NCBI GenBank assembly: GCA_964632485.1
Contig: CAZWDO010000008.1
Span: 124,001 to 168,453 of the forward strand
From: an uncultured bacterium
Lineage (GTDB): Bacteria > JAGOEH01
DNA: 44,453 bases
Direction: 5' to 3'
A model generated the notes under the pieces. That model was not told the origin of the DNA, did no database searches, and was given only the letters and a program-made list of their open reading frames with translations. A program made the translations under genes and the position numbers. Below are positions 28,216 through 38,766 of the stretch, piece after piece (the first letter of the stretch is position 1; every line of letters begins with the position of its first letter).

Positions 28216-29418
28216 TTATAATCCTTTTTGGTTTGAGGTATCTTCCGCAGGCTCGATTGTCTTGAAACAGTGATTATAAATCATTTCCGCGCAGAGTTTT
28301 TGTCCGAATGCATTCAAATGCATATCGTAAGTATAATAAGTCGTTGTAATGGGATATAATTTTAAAGTATCCCGCAAATCTATAAAATTGATAGAATTAA
28401 AACTACAGAATTCTTCTATTGTATTATAGATGTAATTTTTATCGATAGATAAGGAATCAATTTGATGGTGTTTTAAATATTGTTTGAATAGTATATCATC
28501 TATTTCTTCACGGGGTGGTATCATCATGATTATGAGCTGAGCGTTGAATTCACGGGTAATTCGGTTTAATTCGGCAAGATGTCTAATACTTTCCTCAAGT
28601 CCTTGTTTCATGATAATATTGGTAGTATCATAAACACACTGCTGCTTGTCGGGTTGACTGGAATACAGGATACCGGTTTTGGAAAGCAAAGATTGCGGTA
28701 GTATTTGTTTCAGTTTAATATCTAAAAAAGAAATCAATGCGGATTTTGAACGCAATTTTAGCAAGAAACGTCGAAAAGACATTTTTTCATACTCTATATT
28801 TTTTTTGTTCAGCTCTTCGAGAGTAAGAATTCTAACATTTCCCAAATTGTCCTTATTTAGGGTGTTGACCAGATTGCCATTGATCACTGTCATTGGAGAA
28901 AAACGGGTTGAATAGAAATCATCAATAGGATCATTGACGACCGAAAAACCAACAACGATTGCGCTGAGTCGTGTCGGCCTAATTTTGTCCAATATCCGTT
29001 TGACGAAACGACAATACTGATACGGTGCCCAACCTGGCACGCCGCCCTTGAGTACTCGAATGCCGGAAAGCTTTTCAAGTAGAGTTCCAAAACGGGACTG
29101 ATAATCGACGTATCCAAACAAATAGCTATCACCAATTGTAAAAATGAGGGAATTAGTTGCAAGTGAATCGATTGAAACATATTGATCGAACATGTTAAGT
29201 TGGTTGGTAAATAGCTTATATTCAAATTCACTTTTTTTGTGAATAGCAGAAAAATTAGCATTGAGCTGATATCCCAATGTATCGTCATAAATGAACAGAT
29301 GTGGTGGATAATACTCTGTAGATATTGTAGTATAATTTACAAAAATCCGAAATACTAATTCAATAACAATAAAAAAAAATAATGTGATAACTGATATAAA
29401 AATAATAATTTTTTTCAA
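28216..29418 (-). CDS. SGNH/GDSL hydrolase-like membrane-anchored protein (polysaccharide O-acyl modification)
   Basis: N-terminal TM, LGY, IGDSY block I, GVPGW, ND and the DMHLN (DxH) block V. Confidence 0.8.
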   Translation of the reverse strand: MKKIIIFISVITLFFFIVIELVFRIFVNYTTISTEYYPPHLFIYDDTLGYQLNANFSAIHKKSEFEYKLFTNQLNMFDQYVSIDSLATNSLIFTIGDSYLFGYVDYQSRFGTLLEKLSGIRVLKGGVPGWAPYQYCRFVKRILDKIRPTRLSAIVVGFSVVNDPIDDFYSTRFSPMTVINGNLVNTLNKDNLGNVRILTLEELNKKNIEYEKMSFRRFLLKLRSKSALISFLDIKLKQILPQSLLSKTGILYSSQPDKQQCVYDTTNIIMKQGLEESIRHLAELNRITREFNAQLIIMMIPPREEIDDILFKQYLKHHQIDSLSIDKNYIYNTIEEFCSFNSINFIDLRDTLKLYPITTTYYTYDMHLNAFGQKLCAEMIYNHCFKTIEPAEDTSNQKGL

Positions 29419-30663
29419 TTATAAAACCCTAATAATATTTAAGCTTAATATAAAATATAAACCGCTCCAAATAACATTAGTTAGGAAGGTTAACCAGGCA
29501 GAAGCAAGTATTCCATATACAGGTATCAGATAAAAGTTTAATATTAAATTAATACATCCAGTAAATAATGATATAGTTAGAAAATAATTTGGATGTTTAA
29601 ATGTAACAATACGTTGAAAAGGTACACCCAATGAAAAAATAAAAAGTCCAGAAACTAATGGAAAAATTAAATTCTTTGAACTAAGGTATGATTTATTTGT
29701 AATCGTGGCAATAAAAAAATCTTTAAAACTGAATATAATAAGCAGTATCACTAATCCAAAAAAAAATTCATATTTGAGAGTCTTTTTTACTAATTTGACA
29801 ATATCAATAAGCATATTTTTATTCCATAAATGAGCAATTTTAGGGTATAGTACGAACTCTAAAGGTTGCAGTAAAACAAGAATCAAATTAGCAACGGAAT
29901 AGACGGCTGCGTATTCTCCCAATTTTTTGGCATCGAGTAAATGAATGATAATGAAACGGTCTCCGGAATTTAGAATAAAACCGAAACTTGAACCGATTAA
30001 AATTGGAATACTATATTGTAACATTCGTTTAAGATCGATAATTGCCAATGAACTCATTTTAGTATTTAATAATTGAAAAAGCAATGTCCCTATTGTTGAA
30101 ATAATTAAAAATATTATAACCGGTCTAAGGGAACCAAAAATTTTAATTATTAGATAGCAACCGATTAATTCAATAAAAAAATTGCATAGTTTGATATACA
30201 AAAGGCAGGAGAATTTTCTTTTACCAAGTAAAAAATTAAAGAGCAATTGATCAAAAGTAAAAGAAATTAACCAAATAATTATCAGCCAATTAAACTCCTT
30301 GATAGTTGTTCCAAAGATTAAATATGAAAAATCAAATACCCATGGCAAAATCAAAAGTGGTATGGATGTACAAGCTATGATTACAGAAGTTGTAACAAGT
30401 CTTTCAAAATCATGTTTTTCATCCATAAAGCGAATAATCGATAAAGAGAGACCCAGTGATAAATATGGAGCAAATAGAGTCAGGATTAGTTTAAATTGAT
30501 TGTAAATTCCAAATTCCCATTTACTCAATAGGGTGAGTATTGGGATAAGCAGGAAACTTTTAGAACTTATAATAAAATTTATTGCATACGATAAAAAAAT
30601 ATCGTTGCTAAATTTTAATTGCAAACCATTAAATAGGAATGTTTTGTTCATAATAGAAAACAA
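29419..30663 (-). CDS. Wzx-type oligosaccharide flippase
   Basis: About 12 hydrophobic segments; LLIPILT...EFGIY, GDRFII, LGEYAAVY and NLILNFYLIPVYGILASA motifs. Confidence 0.85.
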   Translation of the reverse strand: MFSIMNKTFLFNGLQLKFSNDIFLSYAINFIISSKSFLLIPILTLLSKWEFGIYNQFKLILTLFAPYLSLGLSLSIIRFMDEKHDFERLVTTSVIIACTSIPLLILPWVFDFSYLIFGTTIKEFNWLIIIWLISFTFDQLLFNFLLGKRKFSCLLYIKLCNFFIELIGCYLIIKIFGSLRPVIIFLIISTIGTLLFQLLNTKMSSLAIIDLKRMLQYSIPILIGSSFGFILNSGDRFIIIHLLDAKKLGEYAAVYSVANLILVLLQPLEFVLYPKIAHLWNKNMLIDIVKLVKKTLKYEFFFGLVILLIIFSFKDFFIATITNKSYLSSKNLIFPLVSGLFIFSLGVPFQRIVTFKHPNYFLTISLFTGCINLILNFYLIPVYGILASAWLTFLTNVIWSGLYFILSLNIIRVL

Positions 30664-30747
30664 TTCATGATTATATCTTTAGATATTTATTGTCTAAAAT
30701 ATTGTTTAAAAACATAAAATTTAAAATAATATTTAGAAATTACGACT

Positions 30748-31425
30748 CTAATCAGATGACGCTTTGTTTGCTTCAATAAAAAAAGCAATAGAATTATTAA
30801 AGAAATATTTATTATTGGCAAGAAAGAATAAAATATTCCAGATGAAAGGAATTTTATCAACAATACAATTTGGAACAAAAAATGGGAATTTTGGTAACGG
30901 ATTATATCCAATAATATTATATTTATAATATGGTTTTAAAGCTTCCTCTATTTCTGATAATCCTAAAAATCCAAGTTTTACTTTAAAATTAGAATGATGC
31001 TTATTAAAAAACATAATAAAAAGTTTTCCATCCGGCTTTAGAAGTTGATTGACTTTTGATAAAAAAACTTTATAGTTAGGAGTGATATTAATGATACCAA
31101 TAATAAAGATAATATCAAAGGAATTATTAATAAATGGTAGCTCATTAAAATCTGCTTTAATTGCTTTAAAATCGGGATTTAGTTTTGATGCAATTTTTAA
31201 GTCAGTCTCATCAATATCAATACCGAATTTAGTATTAGAGGGTGATAAAAAAGATATAATTGCTCCGGGACCACATCCGATATCCAAAATTTTTTTTCCT
31301 GTAATTTGTAATAACTTAGTAATAATAAAATATCGGATATCAATATTGTCACCCCAATAATGATAAAAGTCAATTGATTTCCAGTATGTTTTGATAGCTT
31401 TAATGGTTTTTTTTTGGGAATTCAT
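30748..31425 (-). CDS. Class I SAM-dependent methyltransferase
   Basis: ILDIGCGPG, GIDID, LPFINNSFD and LKPDG motifs. Confidence 0.88.
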   Translation of the reverse strand: MNSQKKTIKAIKTYWKSIDFYHYWGDNIDIRYFIITKLLQITGKKILDIGCGPGAIISFLSPSNTKFGIDIDETDLKIASKLNPDFKAIKADFNELPFINNSFDIIFIIGIINITPNYKVFLSKVNQLLKPDGKLFIMFFNKHHSNFKVKLGFLGLSEIEEALKPYYKYNIIGYNPLPKFPFFVPNCIVDKIPFIWNILFFLANNKYFFNNSIAFFIEANKASSD

Positions 31426-31440
31426 ATATAATCTTTAGAC

Positions 31441-32937
31441 TTAAAATTGTTTATTAAATTGTTTAGTGTAAATTTTTCGTATATCGTATGAGAAATATTT
31501 TTTATATCTGTTTAGTATAATAAATAAATATTTGTAAAAAAGTGAAAAAATTTTATTATCAAAAATAGTAACAAATACGCGCATAAGAAGAATTTTGCTT
31601 ATCCATGTTGGCAATCTAGAAATGGCCAAACAAATAAGTTTCAAATATGTAACATTTTTTATTGAAAATTCATTTGATTTTTTTTCAAATATTTCCTTTA
31701 TTTCATCATGTATGAATCCATCTCGCATTGCCCAATCATAGAGTTGAGTCCCCTGATAAAAAGTTAATGAAAATGATTGCATTATGTAAGGTTTCTGCAA
31801 TTGTAAAATCAGGCGAGCTGTTTGTAATAAATCATCTTTTGTTTCATAGGGGTTATCAAAAATAAAATCATATCTTTTTCGTAAATTAAATTTCGATAGA
31901 AAATGATCGACTTCAATTACTTTTTGGTTGCTAATATTCCGTCTGTAAATTTCTCTCTTTACACGTTCACTACCGGTTTGTATACCCATGTGGACTTCTC
32001 GTAAGCCAGCATATAGTAACGATTCAATTTTTTCTTGTGTAATAACTGCTGGAGATCCAAGCACTTTAAAAGGTAAATCTATTTTTGCCTTATATAATTT
32101 TGAAAACTCATCAATAATTTGAAAGCCATTTGCGAGAAAATTATCATCATTTATATAAATAAATTTAATAAATGGAAATTTATGGGTAATGTATGTTAAT
32201 TCATCGATCATCCCTTGGGGTGTTTTAGATCGAAAAACATTTTTTTCACCGCTATATATTGAGTTTATCCGATTATTACAACAATAGGTACAACCATGCA
32301 TGCATCCTCGTGTGAAAATAACTGTAAAAGCCTTTGCATTAATTTCAAAATCAGTATGAAGTTGGTTTTTGATTATCTCAAAAGTAACCGGTACTAATTG
32401 GTTTTGATGTCTAATATAGTGGTTCTCAAAATCGAAATCTTGGAAATGATCAAGTTCATTATCACGCATTAGAGGCAGCAAAGGATTATGAAAAACCTGG
32501 TTATTTTTAAAATATGATATATTTTTGCATAATTTTAGATCTGTATTATTTATAATACTTTGAATAAATTCTAAGAAACCATGTTCTCCTTCACCACGAT
32601 AAATATAATCGACATTATGCGGAATATTTTCTGGAAAAACAGTAGGATGAATTCCACCCCATATTACAATGGCCTGGGTGTTTATTTTTAAGTAATTGGT
32701 CAATTGTTTTGCTCGAAAAAAATCATTAGACATTACCGAAATGCCAATAACTCTTGACATTGAACTAACTGATTTCAGAGAATTTAATATTTGATCAGTG
32801 AACAATTCATTCGAATCATACATGTTATCAGGCAACATAAATATTAATTCAGTATGAATTCCATGATTTTTTAAATATGATGAAAGGAAGCGAATACCAG
32901 GATTTGAAAAATAAAAACTTATTAGCGTGATTCTCAT
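31441..32937 (-). CDS. Cobalamin-binding radical SAM protein
   Basis: B12-binding N-terminus (IGISVMS, WGGIHPT, GEGE), TRGCMHGCTYC, DDNF, GIQTGS and PYET motifs. Confidence 0.9.
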   Translation of the reverse strand: MRITLISFYFSNPGIRFLSSYLKNHGIHTELIFMLPDNMYDSNELFTDQILNSLKSVSSMSRVIGISVMSNDFFRAKQLTNYLKINTQAIVIWGGIHPTVFPENIPHNVDYIYRGEGEHGFLEFIQSIINNTDLKLCKNISYFKNNQVFHNPLLPLMRDNELDHFQDFDFENHYIRHQNQLVPVTFEIIKNQLHTDFEINAKAFTVIFTRGCMHGCTYCCNNRINSIYSGEKNVFRSKTPQGMIDELTYITHKFPFIKFIYINDDNFLANGFQIIDEFSKLYKAKIDLPFKVLGSPAVITQEKIESLLYAGLREVHMGIQTGSERVKREIYRRNISNQKVIEVDHFLSKFNLRKRYDFIFDNPYETKDDLLQTARLILQLQKPYIMQSFSLTFYQGTQLYDWAMRDGFIHDEIKEIFEKKSNEFSIKNVTYLKLICLAISRLPTWISKILLMRVFVTIFDNKIFSLFYKYLFIILNRYKKYFSYDIRKIYTKQFNKQF

Positions 32938-32947
32938 GATACCCTAG

Positions 32948-34069
32948 CTATTGTATATTAGTTCTTTTAGTTAAATAAACTGATTGTCGATTTTTGTTGT
33001 ACATATTTTTAATTAAATTTAAAAAATAAAAAAAAGTTTTGTTAAAATGCTTTGTGTATGTAAAATAATCGATTCGATTATCAGACCATTTTTTTTTATA
33101 TCGCAACAATCCCTCTTCCTTTTTGGTTGTTGGATAAACTGGTATCCCAGTTAGATCATAGATTTTAATTTGATTCTTTATAGCCCAATTAATAGCTCCC
33201 CAAACTAGCAAATCATTAACATTCCATTTTTCATAATAAGATTGGTTAGATTGGCATGAGGCAATTTGATAAGAAATTCCATTAAAACAGAAAAGTGACA
33301 TTGCCGCGATAATTTTATTATTTTTAATAATTTTAAAAGAAATTATTCCTTTGATTAATGCAAGATTCTGTAACATTACTTTTGTAGGCATGTGAATGAT
33401 ATACTCAGATTTAATGCGTTGACGGTTTTCATTGATTAATCTGTGGTATTGATCTAATTCGTTAAGTTTTAATATAGAGAAAGAGAGATTCTGTCGAATA
33501 GATTTATTAATATCTTTACGGGTTGAACTTTTAAATATTGACATAAAATTTGATTCATCTAACCCTGATAATTCAAGAATTAGCGTACTGCATTGTTTAG
33601 ATTGAAAATTCTGATCAATAAAATTTTGCTCTGGTTGTATGCAATTTTTATAACAGTTTAAGGCTAAATCAGATAGTATAGTCATGCTAATAATTCTATA
33701 TCTATGAGCAATTTTATCAACTTGTTTAAAAAGACTTTTAAAAATTTGGTTTTTAAATCTATTGTCTAAAATTATTGGACCATTGTTTAAATAACCAAAT
33801 TTCAAATTGTATTCTCTAAAGACTGAAATTAATGAACCAATAAGCGGAAATCGATTTATAATATGATGATGAAGATATTCATACCACATTAACATCATAC
33901 CAACAACTTTTTCTTTATAAGTACATGTAATGTAAATTGGTATCCCAATCTTGCTTGAATAAATGTAATTTCCCCATGCTTCTGTTTGATATAATGTAGC
34001 ATGTGGAGATACTGCCAATATTTGATACCAATTATGAGGTGGAGTTTTAATATAAATTTGTGTTTTCAT
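32948..34069 (-). CDS. FemAB/GNAT-fold (aminoacyl- or acyl-transferase-like) protein
   Basis: LYQTEAW, NGPI, RKDINKS, LLVWGAINWA, YDLTG and GLLRYKKKW motifs. Confidence 0.75.
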   Translation of the reverse strand: MKTQIYIKTPPHNWYQILAVSPHATLYQTEAWGNYIYSSKIGIPIYITCTYKEKVVGMMLMWYEYLHHHIINRFPLIGSLISVFREYNLKFGYLNNGPIILDNRFKNQIFKSLFKQVDKIAHRYRIISMTILSDLALNCYKNCIQPEQNFIDQNFQSKQCSTLILELSGLDESNFMSIFKSSTRKDINKSIRQNLSFSILKLNELDQYHRLINENRQRIKSEYIIHMPTKVMLQNLALIKGIISFKIIKNNKIIAAMSLFCFNGISYQIASCQSNQSYYEKWNVNDLLVWGAINWAIKNQIKIYDLTGIPVYPTTKKEEGLLRYKKKWSDNRIDYFTYTKHFNKTFFYFLNLIKNMYNKNRQSVYLTKRTNIQ

Positions 34070-34744
34070 TTAAATATTATTATCAATTTTATTTAATTTT
34101 TCCATTATATAAAAGTAATGATAATGATTTAGAATTGGAGATATTTCCTTAATAATTTGAAAATATTTTAATAAATGAATTTGCAATTTTCTTTTTGAAT
34201 AATTTTTTCGACCCATTTCCCAATAGTGTTCTCCCTTAAATTCAATTTTTTTAAAAAAATAAGGGATTCTTATTAAAAAACTAAAATATAGTTTACGTAA
34301 TAAAATATCGAATAATGGTACTTTTATTATTATTTCAAAAGCAGCAGAAGAGTAAGGAATAGAAATGACTAAGTTTTTTTTTGAAATTCGATGTAATTCT
34401 TGAAGTGCTTTTTCAAGGTCTTCCCATGGAATATGCTCAAGTACTTCACTTACTAATATTAAATCATAAGAATTGTCATCAAAAGGTAACTTTCTGATAT
34501 CTGCCAAATAATCTGGCAATAAATTTTTGTCAAAATCACATGTATCAATATTAAATCCATTTTGTCTTAAATAATTTGATACGGTTTTATTACCAATTCC
34601 AATTTCAAGGATACGACTTGGATTCAATGATTTAACTATGTCAATTTGATAATAATATGAGATAAACCTTAACAAATCATCGTAATTTTTATAATAATGA
34701 TCACTTGGTACTTGTATCTGATAATCGTTCATTTGCAATGGCAA
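34070..34744 (-). CDS. Class I SAM-dependent methyltransferase
   Basis: ILEIGIG, LPFDDNSYD, SEVLEHIP and EHYWEMG motifs. Confidence 0.85.
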   Translation of the reverse strand: MPLQMNDYQIQVPSDHYYKNYDDLLRFISYYYQIDIVKSLNPSRILEIGIGNKTVSNYLRQNGFNIDTCDFDKNLLPDYLADIRKLPFDDNSYDLILVSEVLEHIPWEDLEKALQELHRISKKNLVISIPYSSAAFEIIIKVPLFDILLRKLYFSFLIRIPYFFKKIEFKGEHYWEMGRKNYSKRKLQIHLLKYFQIIKEISPILNHYHYFYIMEKLNKIDNNI

Positions 34745-34763
34745 TAATAATTTTTAAAATTTT

Positions 34764-35564
34764 TTATAGTGTATTTAATTCTGGATAAAACATTTTAATA
34801 TACTGTTTAGATTGCAAAGGAAGTTCAATCGATACATCTTTTTTGCAGTATTCTTTAAATAGTTGATAGATTTTATTATATTCGAAATTGTCAGCTCTAA
34901 AACCACTTCTTAACAGATTTACTTTATGATCTAAGAATTCACTAATAATATCCTGTAAAATTTTATCTTCCTCTTCAATTTTAATTATTAATATATTTAA
35001 ATTATTATATTTGATGATTAAATGGTTTTTTAAAAATTCATAATTATAAATGTTAATATTTGTCGATTTATAAAATTCTATTCTGAACCAGTCAATATAA
35101 TTATCATCAATATATCGTTTGAATACATTGCTTAATAAGCAGTTTTTGTGTGAAATTTTTCTAAATTTAGTAAAATCTTTGAAAAAAAAGGAGGATATTA
35201 ATCTATCGATTGGATTTCTTACAATGCTAATAATTTTTATAGGTTGCTTGTTAATAAAGAATTGTTTGTACAGTGCATCACAATAGTATTTAGGGAATAC
35301 ATTATATAAGTGTCCATTAGGTGGATAAAGATAATGATGATGAAATACTTGTAATGAGGTAGATTCTTTTATTGATCTATAAAATGAAGAGGAACCAGTC
35401 TTTTCTTGCGAATATATCAAAATAGGTAATTGAGTATTAATAGCAAGTTTAATATTTATAAAATAATTATACAATATGGGATATAAATCAAAAATTTTAA
35501 GAGCAAAATATTTGGTCTTGGTGATTTTATGGGAACTTGTTCGATTAATTTGTAGATAGCTCAT
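34764..35564 (-). CDS. Sulfotransferase-like capsular polysaccharide synthesis protein
   Basis: 5'-PSB-like EKTGSSS and 3'-PB-like SIVRNPIDRLISSFF motifs; WFRIEF...INIY. Confidence 0.65.
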   Translation of the reverse strand: MSYLQINRTSSHKITKTKYFALKIFDLYPILYNYFINIKLAINTQLPILIYSQEKTGSSSFYRSIKESTSLQVFHHHYLYPPNGHLYNVFPKYYCDALYKQFFINKQPIKIISIVRNPIDRLISSFFFKDFTKFRKISHKNCLLSNVFKRYIDDNYIDWFRIEFYKSTNINIYNYEFLKNHLIIKYNNLNILIIKIEEEDKILQDIISEFLDHKVNLLRSGFRADNFEYNKIYQLFKEYCKKDVSIELPLQSKQYIKMFYPELNTL

Positions 35565-35622
35565 AATAATTTTTCATTGTAATAAGTATTTTGTAACACG
35601 TCAGGTATAACGTAAATTTTTT

Positions 35623-36628
35623 TTGATTAGTCATTTTTATCTGGACTCCGTGTGGAAAATTGATTATATTATCCATATAAACAAACCGATAGACGTCCAA
35701 ACCCAATCTTTAAGCTCCGTCGACAGAGTATTCATCCTGAGTTTGATCGCCGATAATTATAATTGGAACCGTACACGATTGTCGCAAACATTTTGCCGGA
35801 TATGGGTTTGGAAGATCTCCCGAAGTTAATGGAAAAATTTAGCTAGTTGGGAGATGTTGCATAAGCTGGAGATGAATGGACTGCTACAATTGCTGCCATT
35901 GGCGCGCATCATTCGCCTGCATCGTCGGAACGCGCCGGTAGATTCATCGCAATTCCTTTTCGAGATGATGGAGGTTATGCCGACATCTCCGCCGATACTA
36001 TGTTTGCTTAATGAACTTTAAGCACTGAGTTTCGAGCGAGTAGAAGACCGGGTGCATACCGCACTGTTCGTAGGCTTGTTAAAGCGATACCATTAAATTG
36101 TATAGAGTTCAGCATGTGGGCGATCGCATGAAGTATCTGGTCTATTATTGCTATGGAGAGGCGGTATTATGTCTGCTGTTCGGATCGGTGGCCTGGTAAT
36201 GCGCGGATCGTGATCGATATATTAGGTGGGATAGGCAGACGTGGATTCGACATTTGCTTCTGATGACGAACAACATGCGATTTTTGATTATGCTGTGGCT
36301 TCAGGCGCTGAACCTTGCAAGCCACATTTTCTCGCGGATCGCCCGGCGGATTGGCTCGGACTGGCAATGTAAGTATCGTCATCCGGTGCCAATGCTGGAA
36401 ATGTTCAAGGAAACCAATCGATTTCGGGGCGTTTACTACCAGGCGGCTAACTATATTTATGTAGGGCGTACCCAGAGACGCAGCCGTAACGATCGCTGCA
36501 ATCGGCTCGAAGTTCCCGGGAAGGATATTTATTTGTTGCCCCTGATTAAGGATGCCGGGGAGAAGCTCTCCATGGGATTTAAGGGGATCGTTTCGCGCTG
36601 GACTGCAAAAATTCGCGAGGAATATTGA
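35623..36628 (+). pseudogene. Degraded DUF4338 (DruA-like, IS-associated) gene
   Basis: Fragments NRTRLSQTFCRIWVW and NNMRFLIMLW...NLASHIFSRIARRIGSDWQCKYRHPV...RFRGVYYQAANYIYVGRT...RNDR are separated by stops and frameshifts. GC is higher than in the flanks. Confidence 0.75.
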
Positions 36629-36945
36629 CCTGCGATTCGACGGGCTCCATCAGGACTGCATGGCGATGAACGAGAAGCTCGGTGCCTTGAGCGATGAACT
36701 TGAGGCGTTGATGAAGGAGATAGAGGAACTCAAGGCGGAACGGAATATTCGTATGGTCTTTGTATGATCAAAGTAAAATAAAAAAATTCCGGCTACTTTC
36801 GAACTGAAGCCGGAGCCAATAACTTCTGCTGAATTCGCAGCTATATCTCAACGGCTATGAAAAATAATATCAGCGCGTTTCAAGCCCTACACGGCGTCTT
36901 CTCTAATAATCCAATTATCCCCCAACATATTAATCACCTTACCTG
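36600..36945 (+). mobile_element. IS66-family transposase relic with large internal deletion
   Basis: A coiled-coil piece (ELEALMKEIEELK) runs directly into AERNIRMV. From 36764 my translation reads MIKVK*KNSGYFRTEAGANNFC*IRSYISTAMKNNISAFQAL, the IS66 C-terminal motif with two stops. Confidence 0.8.
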
Positions 36946-37944
36946 TTATAGTATTTTTTCAATTCCTGTCTTAATATCATGAGCTTTATTTTTTTTATAT
37001 ATAATTGTTAGCCGTGATAATTCATGAAAAACTTGAATATCACTACAAACAGATGGGATACCACATGCTGCTGCTTCTATGATTGGTATTCCAAAACCTT
37101 CGTAATCAGATAATTGAACATTTATTCTTGATTGGTTGTAGAATTTTACAAGTTCATTGTTTGGAATGGATTCAATAATTGTAAGTGAGATTTGATGTTT
37201 TTTAGCATATTTTTCCAATTTACCTTTTTCAATTCCGTTACCAATAAACAGAATCTTAATTTTTTGAGGAATTTCTGTAATTGCTTCAAGCAATAAGTCC
37301 TGTCTTTTAGGTTTTTCTAAACGACCTACCATAATTATATCATATTTTTTTTCAAGATCTGGTATATGAAAAAAATAATTAGTATTAATTGTATTATGCT
37401 TGACGATTGTTTTTTTTTTAAACTTATTCGGAACTGTTGATAAACTTTTCTTTGATACACCAATAATTTGATCATAAAGCTTATAGCACTTAAACTCATA
37501 AAGATACAATAGCCAATATTTGATGGCTCTTAAGGATGATCGTATATCAATGAAATAGCACCTTAAGGATTTAAAGTCGCTATGTATTGATACAGTTGAG
37601 TTGGTTTTAGTTTTTTTAGCTACCATAGCTGCAATATAGCCTGCTAAAAAGGGAGCGTAGGACCTAACTAAATCGAATTTCAAATCCTCTATTTTTAAAA
37701 TTATTAGACTAACTCGTTTGTAAGGGAATATATAGTCCCATAACGTGAATGGCTTAAAAGCATGGATATATCCCTTTGCTTTACCAATAGTAACTTGAAT
37801 ATCTTCAACTGAACATTCGTGGGCAGTAAACGTGATAAAGTGTATTTCATCAAATACATTGTTCGGATTAAAATAATTTTCCTTTATTTCCCCTTTTTTA
37901 ACATATTCAATTAAGGGATCATTGGGAAAGATGAGTGCCTTCAT
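36946..37944 (-). CDS. GT4 glycosyltransferase, possibly C-terminally truncated
   Basis: VGRLEKPK, IGNG and SDYEGFGIPIIEAAACGIP motifs. Start at 37944 (ATGA overlap). The stop abuts the IS66 relic. Confidence 0.85.
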   Translation of the reverse strand: MKALIFPNDPLIEYVKKGEIKENYFNPNNVFDEIHFITFTAHECSVEDIQVTIGKAKGYIHAFKPFTLWDYIFPYKRVSLIILKIEDLKFDLVRSYAPFLAGYIAAMVAKKTKTNSTVSIHSDFKSLRCYFIDIRSSLRAIKYWLLYLYEFKCYKLYDQIIGVSKKSLSTVPNKFKKKTIVKHNTINTNYFFHIPDLEKKYDIIMVGRLEKPKRQDLLLEAITEIPQKIKILFIGNGIEKGKLEKYAKKHQISLTIIESIPNNELVKFYNQSRINVQLSDYEGFGIPIIEAAACGIPSVCSDIQVFHELSRLTIIYKKNKAHDIKTGIEKIL

Positions 37945-38756
37945 TTTTTTCCGATAATAATCCATCCACGATAATTGTGGATAGATACGATTTGGAAATT
38001 TGTTTGAAGTAGTAAATCAACTGCTTGCTGCTTTGTGTATCTTTTTTCGATAGGGGGTGAAAACCGGTCAAAAAGATCGGAAACTATGGTTTGTATGTTC
38101 ATTGTATGATAATACGGTATTGATTGTGATAAATTTTTCAATCCCATAAATTTGAGTATATTGGCTGGTAATGTAAGAAAAATATAAACAGGGATAGATA
38201 TGATAATACAATACCAGTAAATTATTCTGGCTGGAAACAGTTTTATCACTTTCCGAATTTGATTGATTATGAGTAGACACAAGTGCTTGATTATAGATTT
38301 TTCTTTTATATTTTCATATAAATAAATTACTAGATACCCATTTGGTTTCAATACATTGAAAAGTTCCTGCAAAGCTCTGTTTGTATCGTTTATATGGTGT
38401 ATGACTCCAAAGCTGCAAACAAGATCAAAACTTGATTTTTTAAATGGAAGCCAGCATAGATTGCTTTTAACAAAACCGGCTTTATTGTTATCCTTTAAGT
38501 TGTTTTTAGCTGTTATGACTGCATCTGAGATATCCGCACCAATAATGAATTTACTGCTATCAATCCATTTTTTAATATCGGCGCCACTACCACAACCTGC
38601 ATCAAGCACAGTCTTATCAGAAATGCCAATTAAATTTTCAAACCATTGATAATAATGATAGGAATCTTTTTCCCAGTTATTACTAATTTCTTTTTTTCCA
38701 AAATGATTCCAGGCAAATGAAAAAACTTCTTGTGTCTTTTTTTCTTTGTTATCCAT
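37941..38756 (-). CDS. Class I SAM-dependent methyltransferase
   Basis: VLDAGCGSG, GADIS, LPFKKSSFD, GVIHH, LKPNG and FDRFSP motifs. Confidence 0.88.
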   Translation of the reverse strand: MDNKEKKTQEVFSFAWNHFGKKEISNNWEKDSYHYYQWFENLIGISDKTVLDAGCGSGADIKKWIDSSKFIIGADISDAVITAKNNLKDNNKAGFVKSNLCWLPFKKSSFDLVCSFGVIHHINDTNRALQELFNVLKPNGYLVIYLYENIKEKSIIKHLCLLIINQIRKVIKLFPARIIYWYCIIISIPVYIFLTLPANILKFMGLKNLSQSIPYYHTMNIQTIVSDLFDRFSPPIEKRYTKQQAVDLLLQTNFQIVSIHNYRGWIIIGKK

Positions 38757-38766
38757 GTTGTAATCT

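Noticed and set aside
35623-36628. Druantia anti-phage system
   Set aside because: Only a degraded DUF4338 frame attached to an IS66 relic is present; no other Druantia genes were seen.
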